Assembly (NCBI GenBank): GCA_040256005.1
Contig: JBDZWC010000078.1
Coordinates: 1 to 14,351, forward strand
From: Deinococcaceae bacterium
Lineage (GTDB): Bacteria > Deinococcota > Deinococci > Deinococcales > Trueperaceae
Length of the DNA stretch: 14,351 bases
Direction: 5' to 3'
Part shown: in pieces, positions 8,220 through 14,351 of the stretch
How positions within the stretch are numbered: the first letter of the stretch is position 1
How the letters are laid out: each line of letters opens with the position of its first letter
The notes under the pieces: generated by a model
What the model was told of the DNA's origin: nothing
The model's input: only the letters and a program-made list of their open reading frames with translations
Database searches by the model: none
Made by a program: the position numbers and the translations under genes

Positions 8220-9026
8220 GTGACGGACGCCGACAAGATCGCTGACGAGACGGTGCGCAGCTCACCGGTCCCGGCCGAGGAGGCGGCCGTCGTGATCGAG
8301 GACCTCAGCCTGTGGTACGGCGACTTCAGGGCGCTCTACGACGTCTCCCTGACGGTCCCCCGCAACCAGGTGACGGCGCTGATCGGCGCGTCCGGCTGCG
8401 GTAAGAGCACCCTGCTGCGGTCGATCAACCGGATGAACGACCTCGTAGAGGGGGTCAGGGTCAGCGGGGCCGTGCGGTACGACGGGGTGGAGCTATACGG
8501 GCCGGACGTCGATCCGGTCGAGGTGCGGCGCAGGATCGGCATGGTGTTCCAGAAGCCCAACCCGTTCCCGAAGTCGATCTACGAGAACGTCGCGTTCGGC
8601 CCCAAGCTGACCGGCTTCCGGGGCGACATGGACGCGCTCGTGGAGAGGGCGTTGAGGGGGGCAGCCCTATGGGACGAGGTGTCCGGCAAGCTGCGCGAGT
8701 CGGGCCTCGGGCTCTCCGGCGGCCAGCAGCAGCGCCTGTGCATCGCCAGGGCGTTGGCCTCGGACCCCAGCGTGATCCTCATGGACGAGCCTACCAGCGC
8801 CTTGGACCCGATCGCCACGGACAGGATCGAGCGCCTTATCACCGACCTCAAGAGGGACTACACGGTCCTGATCGTCACCCACAACATGCAACAGGCCGGC
8901 CGCGTAAGCGACCGCACGGCGTTCATGCATCTGGGGCGCCTTATCGAGGAGGGACCCACGGACCTGATCTTCACGAACCCGCGGCAGGAGCTGACCGAGC
9001 GGTACGTCTCCGGCAGGTTCGGATGA
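8220..9026 (+). CDS. pstB: Phosphate ABC transporter ATP-binding protein PstB
   Basis: Motifs [73 protein letters not shown]. Confidence 0.97.
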   Translation: MTDADKIADETVRSSPVPAEEAAVVIEDLSLWYGDFRALYDVSLTVPRNQVTALIGASGCGKSTLLRSINRMNDLVEGVRVSGAVRYDGVELYGPDVDPVEVRRRIGMVFQKPNPFPKSIYENVAFGPKLTGFRGDMDALVERALRGAALWDEVSGKLRESGLGLSGGQQQRLCIARALASDPSVILMDEPTSALDPIATDRIERLITDLKRDYTVLIVTHNMQQAGRVSDRTAFMHLGRLIEEGPTDLIFTNPRQELTERYVSGRFG

Positions 9027-9086
9027 AGCGCTGCCGTGAGCATGAGGCCCCTCGGCTGCCGGGTAGTTGCGGTAGGCGCGGTCCCA

Positions 9087-9172
9087 GCAAAGAAGTGACC
9101 CCGCGTGGGAGGCGCGGGGTCTTCTCGGAAGAGGATGGGAAGAGGTAATGGGAGGGTTACCTCAGTCCTCAG
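9087..9172 (-). ncRNA. Candidate small regulatory RNA with two CCUCCCA-loop hairpins (~85 nt)
   Basis: Minus strand reads GAGGA-CT-GAGGTAA-[CCCTCCCA]-TTACCTC-TTCCCA-TCCTC-TTCCGAGAA-GACCCCGCG-[CCTCCCA]-CGCGGGGTC-ACTTCTTT. It is preceded by -10 TAGCCT (9184-9179). Ends are approximate. Confidence 0.65.
9088..9125. terminator. Intrinsic terminator, probably bidirectional (pstB on plus, candidate sRNA on minus)
   Basis: 9-bp stem GACCCCGCG (9097-9105) / CGCGGGGTC (9113-9121) with a 7-nt loop, followed by ACTTCTTTG on minus and TTCT on plus. Confidence 0.75.
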
Positions 9173-9178
9173 GTACAT

Positions 9179-9210
9179 AGGCTAGCGGCTGGCCCTTACA
9201 AAGTTCTTAC
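9179..9210 (-). promoter_or_regulatory. Candidate sRNA promoter: -10 TAGCCT plus GTAAG-N6-GTAAG direct repeat (11-bp period) over the -35 region
   Basis: Plus-strand CTTAC at 9195-9199 and 9206-9210 in an AT-rich patch. This geometry is typical of OmpR/PhoB-family and SARP binding sites. Confidence 0.55.
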
Positions 9211-9356
9211 TCGGCCCTGAAACGCTGTCCTGGACGGCTTCCCGCGCGGATCGACCGGCATGACGGGCGGTCCTGTCGCGAGAGCGCGTACATACCGTCT
9301 ACCGCGCGCATCGGGGTTCCTGCGGGTCTTTCTGGCGCCGCCGACAAGCTGGGTCT

Positions 9357-9399
9357 TTGCCTAGGCAAGCGCCGGCTCGATCGCCCGGCGCGCTATGCT
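9357..9399 (+). promoter_or_regulatory. Putative promoter/operator of the regulator gene: palindrome TTGCCTAGGCAA and -10 TATGCT
   Basis: Perfect 12-bp palindrome at 9357-9368, inverted repeat GCGCCGG/CCGGCGC at 9369-9391, TATGCT at 9394-9399, AGGGGG SD at 9418-9423 before GTG 9429. Confidence 0.45.
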
Positions 9400-9428
9400 G
9401 GTCACCCTTCAGTGAACAGGGGGCCAGC

Positions 9429-11363
9429 GTGGGCAGCACGTCGACGGGCGGGCATGACGTGGAGTCGCGCGGTCGTACCGGTGTAGCGCCGGGCGGGCGG
9501 GCGGGGGCCATGGCGATGATGGACGGCGACTCCCTTGAGTCGGCGAGGGAGGCCGTGGCCGCTCGGTTGCGCCATGGGTCCTGGCGCGATGCCCTGGCCG
9601 CGTGCCGGCACCACGCGCCGGAGCTGGCCACCGAGGTCGTGGACCAGGCCGGGAACAGGGCGTTCAACGAGGGGGACTTCGCGGGTTTGTGGCGGGAGCT
9701 GAGCGCCCTGCCCGAGAGCGTCCAGTGCGAGCCGGCGGTCGCTTACTGGCTGTACGTCACGGCCACGGCGGTCAATAGGCAGGCCGAGGTCATGGGCCTG
9801 GTGTCCACCGTGCTCGGAGGTTCAGCCGCACCGGAGCTGCGTGCCGCGGTCGCCGTGACGAAGCCGGGCGCCGACGCCGGCGCCGAGACGCTCAGGGCGC
9901 TCGAGGCTCACGAGTCCGCGACGACGATCAGGGCCAGGGCCTTCGCGTTGGCGCTCGAGGGTGACCGGCACTCGCCCATCCTGCTGTTCAGGAGGGCCAT
10001 GGCGCTCGCCGAGCACTCGGACGCCAGTCACCTCGTGGTGGCCTGCGCGATCGACGTCGCCAACCAGGAGCTCGCGCTGGGGCACTACAAGAGCGGCCGC
10101 GACTGGGCCAGGTGGGCGCTGGACGAGTACGAGCGCCGCGACCTGCTCGAGGCGTACAGGCGCGAGGTCGCGGCGGCCACGCTGGCTTTCGCCCAGATGC
10201 TCCTCGGTGACCTGCCGGCCGCGCGGGCGGCCCTGGCGCACGTCGCGATCGAGCCCGAGAAGCTCGGCATCCCAACCTACGAGGCCGTCGTGTCCACGTC
10301 CGCCGACCTGAGCCTGCTGGAGGGGCGCTGCGACGAGGCGTTGGGTCTGTTCACGATGTTGAGGCGGGCGTCGCCCCTCACGCAGGTGGCTTCGGCGTCG
10401 CTCGACGTCACCAAGTGCCACCTCGCCATCGGCGACGTAGAGGCCGCCCTGCACTCGGCCGAGTACGCGTTCTCCCTCAGCCGCGGCGCCCCGCGCGCCC
10501 AGGCCGCGATCGGGACGCTGGGGATGGGCATGGCCCTCAGCTACCGCGACCTACCGCGGGCCACCACCCTGCTCGAGACGGCCGCGAGGCAGTTCGAGCA
10601 GACCAACTTCCAGCTGTTCCAGACGCAAGCCGCGATGTGGTTGGCGCTGTGCCACGTCAGGCAGGGGAGGGTGGACGAGGCGGCCAGGGCGCTGGCCCTC
10701 GGCGCTGACGGCCTGCGCGAGCTCTCCGAGACCGGCTGGCGGCTCCTCATGGCGTGCGACCCGCAGTACGCCCAACTGATCGCGCTCTGGCGAGGCGGCG
10801 GGAGCCCGCTCAAGGTCAGGCTGCTCGGCTCACCGTCGGTCGAGTACCGGGCCCGCGAGCTCCCTTTGACCGCGCGGCAGCGCGAGGTACTGGCGATCCT
10901 GTGCGACAGCGAGGCCGGCGTCACGGTGGGGCAGCTGCGCGAGCTGGTCTTCGGCTCGGACGTCCATCCGGGCACGGTCAAGTCGACGGTGTCGCGGCTC
11001 AGGCAGCTGGTGCCCATCTCGGCCGCTCCGTACCGACTGCTGGCGCCGTTCGAGTGCGACTTCAAGCAGGTGCTCGCCTTCATCGCCACCGGCCAGGCTC
11101 ACCGGGCGGTGCAGCAGTACACGGGCCCGTTGCTCCCGGGTTCGTTCGCGCCCGGCGTCGTCGACCTGAGGCTCCACGTCGAGGAGTGCCTGCGGCGAGC
11201 CGTCATGGCGGCCAGCGACCCAGACCTCCTGATCCAGTTCGCTACCGCTCAGGGTGACGACCTGGAGCTGTGGGAATCGGCGCGCGCCAGCCTGGCGCAT
11301 GGCGACTACCGGCTGCCGCTGGTCATCGCGCGCATACGCCGGATACGGGAGGCGTGGCGATAA
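9429..11363 (+). CDS. Putative transcriptional regulator: long TPR-like helical N-terminal region plus C-terminal OmpR/SARP-like winged helix and BTAD-like helical tail
   Basis: C-terminus from ~10809: LKVRLLGSPSV...LTARQREVLAIL...LRELVFG...TVKSTVSRLRQ...PYRL...YTGPLLPGSFAPGVVDLR...DDLELW. The N-terminal ~430 aa are Ala/Leu-rich amphipathic helices. No Walker A motif seen. Start uncertain (GTG 9429, or ATG 9510/9516/9519). Confidence 0.75.
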   Translation: MGSTSTGGHDVESRGRTGVAPGGRAGAMAMMDGDSLESAREAVAARLRHGSWRDALAACRHHAPELATEVVDQAGNRAFNEGDFAGLWRELSALPESVQCEPAVAYWLYVTATAVNRQAEVMGLVSTVLGGSAAPELRAAVAVTKPGADAGAETLRALEAHESATTIRARAFALALEGDRHSPILLFRRAMALAEHSDASHLVVACAIDVANQELALGHYKSGRDWARWALDEYERRDLLEAYRREVAAATLAFAQMLLGDLPAARAALAHVAIEPEKLGIPTYEAVVSTSADLSLLEGRCDEALGLFTMLRRASPLTQVASASLDVTKCHLAIGDVEAALHSAEYAFSLSRGAPRAQAAIGTLGMGMALSYRDLPRATTLLETAARQFEQTNFQLFQTQAAMWLALCHVRQGRVDEAARALALGADGLRELSETGWRLLMACDPQYAQLIALWRGGGSPLKVRLLGSPSVEYRARELPLTARQREVLAILCDSEAGVTVGQLRELVFGSDVHPGTVKSTVSRLRQLVPISAAPYRLLAPFECDFKQVLAFIATGQAHRAVQQYTGPLLPGSFAPGVVDLRLHVEECLRRAVMAASDPDLLIQFATAQGDDLELWESARASLAHGDYRLPLVIARIRRIREAWR

Positions 11364-11369
11364 CGTTCC

Positions 11370-11397
11370 GGCGCCCTGCCCGGAAGTGCAGGGCGCC
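11370..11397. terminator. GC-rich hairpin between convergent genes (possible terminator)
   Basis: 10-bp perfect stem GGCGCCCTGC / GCAGGGCGCC with an 8-nt loop, 6 nt after the regulator stop. No strong U tract on either side. Confidence 0.45.
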
Positions 11398-11540
11398 CAA
11401 GCGGAGCGCGTAGGAACGAAGGAACCTCGGTCGCAGGAGGCAAGTCCCCCTGAGCGGAGCGAACAGAAGTCTCGGAACCTAGTTCCCGGCAGGCCAGTGC
11501 GCCCAAGCGGAGCGGGAAGGGCCGCGGAACCCGGGGTCGC
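11384..11540. repeat. Degenerate tandem repeat, 3 units of ~53 bp
   Basis: AGCGGAGCG at 11400, 11453, 11506. GGAACC at 11421, 11474, 11526. Units 1 and 3 share GCGCCCAAGCGGAGCG (11393, 11499) and GGTCGC (11429, 11535), both 106 bp apart. Confidence 0.75.
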
Positions 11541-12485
11541 TCAGGTCGTGAACAACGAGCTCACCGAGGTGTGCTGGTGCACGTTGCGGATGGCCTTGGC
11601 CAGCAGCGGCGCCACGCTGAGGACGGTGGCGTTGGTGACGTCCTGGCGCAGCGGTACCGTGTCCGTCACGTAGAGCCCGGTGATGGCCGGATGCGTGAGG
11701 CGCTCCTGGGCCGGCGGCGTGAAGACCGGGTGCGTGGCCGTGACCCTTATGTCCGGCTCGGCTCCCAGTCGGAGCAGCGCCTCTATGCCTTGGCGCATCG
11801 TGCCGGCAGTGCTGATCATGTCGTCGATGATGATGGGGCGCATGCCCTCCACGTCACCGATGACGTGCGTGACCTGCGTGTCGGTGGGGCTGGTGCGCCG
11901 CTTGTAGAGCATGGCGAGCGGCAGGTTCAGGTACTGGGCCAGACGCCTGGCCTCTGTCGCCCTGCCCACGTCCGGTGATACGACGATCGAGCCCTCGAGA
12001 TCGGTCTGCTTGAGGTGGTCGCCGAGTATCGGCAGCGCCGTGAGGTGATCGAACGGCACGTCGAAGAAGCCCTGGATCTGCCCGGCGTGCAGGTCCACCG
12101 AGATGACACGGTCGGCGCCGGCGGTCTCGAGCAGGTTCGCCACCAGCTTGGCGGTGATGGGCTCCCTGGCCTGAACCTTCTTGTCCTGACGTGCGTACCC
12201 GAAGTACGGGATGACGGCGTTGATGCGCCAGGCGGACGCCCGCCTGAGCGCGTCGATGAGGACCAGCAGCTCCATCAGGTTGTGGTTCACGGGCGCTGAG
12301 GTGGACTGGACGATGTAGCAGTCGGCGCCGCGGACCGACTCCTCGATCATGATGCGCGTCTCACCGTCCGGGAACTGGGAGACCGTGCCGCTGGCCAGAG
12401 GTACGCCGAGATGCTTCGCGACCGATGACGCCAGGACCGGCGTCGAAGTGCCACGGAAGAGCTTGAGGTCCTCGCCGATCCTCAC
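11541..12485 (-). CDS. prs: Ribose-phosphate pyrophosphokinase
   Basis: Motifs FPDGET, ESVRGAD, PYFGYARQDKK, DLHAGQIQGFFD, VSPDVG, IIIDDMISTAGT. GTGA overlap with the rny stop. Confidence 0.97.
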   Translation of the reverse strand: MRIGEDLKLFRGTSTPVLASSVAKHLGVPLASGTVSQFPDGETRIMIEESVRGADCYIVQSTSAPVNHNLMELLVLIDALRRASAWRINAVIPYFGYARQDKKVQAREPITAKLVANLLETAGADRVISVDLHAGQIQGFFDVPFDHLTALPILGDHLKQTDLEGSIVVSPDVGRATEARRLAQYLNLPLAMLYKRRTSPTDTQVTHVIGDVEGMRPIIIDDMISTAGTMRQGIEALLRLGAEPDIRVTATHPVFTPPAQERLTHPAITGLYVTDTVPLRQDVTNATVLSVAPLLAKAIRNVHQHTSVSSLFTT

Positions 12486-14152
12486 CGGGCGTACTCTACC
12501 GCCCGCGACTCGCGCACCACGGTCACCTGGACCTGGCCCGGGTACTCCATGTCCTGCTCGATCCGGTTGGCGATGTCACGTGCCAGCAGCACGGCTGAGG
12601 CGTCGTCGACCTTGTCGGGCTGGACGATGATCCGCACCTCGCGTCCGGCCTGGATGGCGTAGGCGTTCTCGACGCCCGGGAAGCTCGTCGCGATGTTCTC
12701 GAGCCCCTCGAGGCGCTTGATGTAGCTCTCGAGTGTCTCGCGTCTGGCGCCCGGACGCGCGGCCGAGATGGCGTCGGCGGCGTTGACGATGATGGGGTAG
12801 AGCGTCTCGGCGCGGTCGAGGTCGTGATGGTTGAGGATCGCGTCGATGACCTCGGGCGGCTCGCCGAAGCGGCGGCCCAGGTTCGCCCCGATCTCGGTGT
12901 GGGTGCCCTCGATCTCACGGTCTATCGACTTGCCGATGTCGTGGAGCAGGCCCGCCCGGCGCGCCATGCTCTCGTCGACGCCGAGCTCGGCCGCGAGGAT
13001 GCCGGACAGGTGCGCCACCTGCACCGAGTGCTTGAGGATGTTCTGCCCGTAGCTGGTGCGGAACTGCATGCGGCCGAGCAGCTGGATCAGGCCCGGCTTG
13101 AGGCCGACGATGTTGGCCTCGAGGGCCGCCTCGTCGCCGCGTTCGCGGATGTAGTTCTGCATGTCGTGCTGCGCCTTGTGCACGACCTCTTCGATACGCG
13201 CCGGGTGGATCCGCCCGTCGGTGACTAGCTCGGAGAGCGCGAGCTTCGCGACCTCGCGCCTGATCGGGTTGAAGGACGAGAGGAGCACCGCTTCGGGGGT
13301 GTCGTCGATGATCAGGTCCACGCCTGTCAGCGCCTCGAACGCCCGGATGTTGCGGCCTTCGCGGCCGATGATGCGGCCCTTCATGGCGTCGTTGGGGATG
13401 GGCACCACCGAGACGCTGATCGCCGCCGAGACCTCGGAAGCGCTGCGCTGGATCGCCTGGGAGAGGATGTCGGTCGCGCGCCTCTTAGACTCGGCATCGG
13501 CCCGCTCGAGCGCAGCCCTCACCCTGACCGCCTTCTCGCGCTCCAGTTCACGCTCGACCCGGTCCAGGACCAACTGAGTGGCCTGCTCGCGCGTGAGCTG
13601 CGCTACCTCGTGCAGCTGGGCCGTCAGCTGGGCCTCGCGGCCCTGCAGCTCGTCCTCACGCGCCTGCATGTCGACCGACCGCTGGTTGAGCCTCTCCTCG
13701 GCCTCGTCCAGCCTCAGCGCGCGCGCGTCCTGTTGCTCGCCGCGTCGGTTGAGTCTGTCCTCCTGCTGTTCGAGCTTCTCGCGGTCGCGCCTGATCTCCT
13801 CGCGCATGTCGCGCAGTTGGGCCAGCTCTCGCTGGCCTTCCTCGCGGCTGCGCTGGATCTCGGCACGCACCGCGGCCCGTTCGCGCTCCAGGTCCTCCTG
13901 CAACCGTTGCCGCAGGCGCTGCTCGTCCTCTTCCCAGCGGCGCCTGGCCTGCTCGATCTCGGCCTGGGCGTCCGACTGGGCTCGTTCGACAGTGCGCCGG
14001 GCCTCGCGCTCGGCCTCCTCGACGCGGGCTCGGTACAGCCTCTCGGCCTCGGCCTTGGCGTCCGTCTCCTGGCGCTGCCTCAGGACCCAGACGGCGGCGG
14101 CGCCGACGGCCAGGCCCACGATGAGCAGGAGTATCCCCAGGGCCGCGCTCAC
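12482..14152 (-). CDS. rny: Ribonuclease Y
   Basis: N-terminal TM anchor, long coiled coil, KH domain (MKGRIIGREGRNIR..DDTPE), HD domain (RTSYGQN..HS..LLHDIGK..ADAISAARPGARRE), C-terminal AIQAGREVR..YPGQVQVTVVRE. Confidence 0.97.
   Translation of the reverse strand: MSAALGILLLIVGLAVGAAAVWVLRQRQETDAKAEAERLYRARVEEAEREARRTVERAQSDAQAEIEQARRRWEEDEQRLRQRLQEDLERERAAVRAEIQRSREEGQRELAQLRDMREEIRRDREKLEQQEDRLNRRGEQQDARALRLDEAEERLNQRSVDMQAREDELQGREAQLTAQLHEVAQLTREQATQLVLDRVERELEREKAVRVRAALERADAESKRRATDILSQAIQRSASEVSAAISVSVVPIPNDAMKGRIIGREGRNIRAFEALTGVDLIIDDTPEAVLLSSFNPIRREVAKLALSELVTDGRIHPARIEEVVHKAQHDMQNYIRERGDEAALEANIVGLKPGLIQLLGRMQFRTSYGQNILKHSVQVAHLSGILAAELGVDESMARRAGLLHDIGKSIDREIEGTHTEIGANLGRRFGEPPEVIDAILNHHDLDRAETLYPIIVNAADAISAARPGARRETLESYIKRLEGLENIATSFPGVENAYAIQAGREVRIIVQPDKVDDASAVLLARDIANRIEQDMEYPGQVQVTVVRESRAVEYAR
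12493..12498 (-). promoter_or_regulatory. Internal -10 TAGAGT inside the 3' end of rny; probable leaderless promoter for prs
   Basis: TAGAGT-7 nt-GTG(12485), the same spacing as at 1382 and 1019. Confidence 0.45.
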
Positions 14153-14351
14153 GCCGGGCCTCCGGCGACCGGCACCGGGCTCGCTGCCCCGGCGCCGATA
14201 GCGTTCATGACCGCTTTCCGGATGTCGTCGACGAGGTCGGGTCTGGTGGTGAGCAGCTCCACCGCCTTCTCCTTACCCTGACCCAAGCGCGTCTCGCCGT
14301 ACGAGAACCACGACCCGGACTTCTGCACCACATCCAGATCAGCCGCCACCT
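14149..14351 (-). CDS. recA: Recombinase RecA, C-terminal end (partial)
   Basis: DVVQKSGSWFSYGETRLGQGKEKA is the RecA C-terminal domain signature. GTGA overlap with the rny start; recA-rny adjacency is well known. Confidence 0.92.
   Translation of the reverse strand, partial: VAADLDVVQKSGSWFSYGETRLGQGKEKAVELLTTRPDLVDDIRKAVMNAIGAGAASPVPVAGGPA

Noticed and set aside
1975..8930. Long alternative-frame or antisense ORFs (e.g. 2006..3349, 3815..4963, 5581..6750, 6926..7741)
   Set aside because: Expected in high-GC DNA with few stop codons; no recognisable motifs, and they overlap well-supported genes.
8858..9178. 106-aa minus-strand ORF starting at 9178
   Set aside because: The ATG directly abuts the -10 box, so it lies upstream of the likely TSS. 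It runs through the terminator and antisense into pstB. A non-coding RNA explains the region better.
9023..9185. Short plus-strand ORFs (41 aa at 9023..9148; MGRGNGRVTSVLRYIG at 9135..9185) as possible peptide signals for the TPR-like regulator
   Set aside because: No signal-peptide character. The first crosses the terminator and the second has no evident promoter. The SD-like purine runs are simply the complement of the sRNA's CU-rich motifs.
9357..9428. TTG 9357 as the regulator start codon
   Set aside because: Lies within the palindrome, upstream of the TATGCT -10 box, and has no SD; downstream starts fit better.
11384..11540. CRISPR array interpretation of the 53-bp repeats
   Set aside because: Identical cores are only 9 and 6 nt, similarity is spread across the whole unit, there are only three units, and no cas genes or leader are present.
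13560..14070. Repetitive Glu/Arg/Gln-rich coding stretch
   Set aside because: Normal coiled-coil region of RNase Y.

Overview
GC-rich bacterial chromosomal window. The gene set, the recA-rny-prs order and the frequent TANNNT boxes just before start codons suggest Deinococcota, possibly Trueperaceae (inference). Left to right: 5' part of an ABC-F ATPase gene (minus strand, absent from the ORF track), an RNHCP-domain protein, a PaaG-like enoyl-CoA hydratase, a YtcJ-like amidohydrolase, hutI (minus), pstSCAB without phoU, a ~400-bp intergenic region, a TPR-like + winged-helix/SARP-like regulator, a 53-bp-periodic intergenic repeat, then prs, rny and the 3' end of recA (all minus). The most notable unexplained structure is a candidate ~85-nt sRNA on the minus strand (~9087-9172). 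It has two hairpins that both display a CCUCCCA (anti-Shine-Dalgarno-like) loop, an intrinsic terminator, a TAGCCT -10 box, and an 11-bp-spaced GTAAG direct repeat over the -35 region. It is divergent from the regulator, so the two may form a regulator-sRNA module. Also notable: a 25-bp bidirectional leaderless promoter whose two -10 boxes share one TA dinucleotide.
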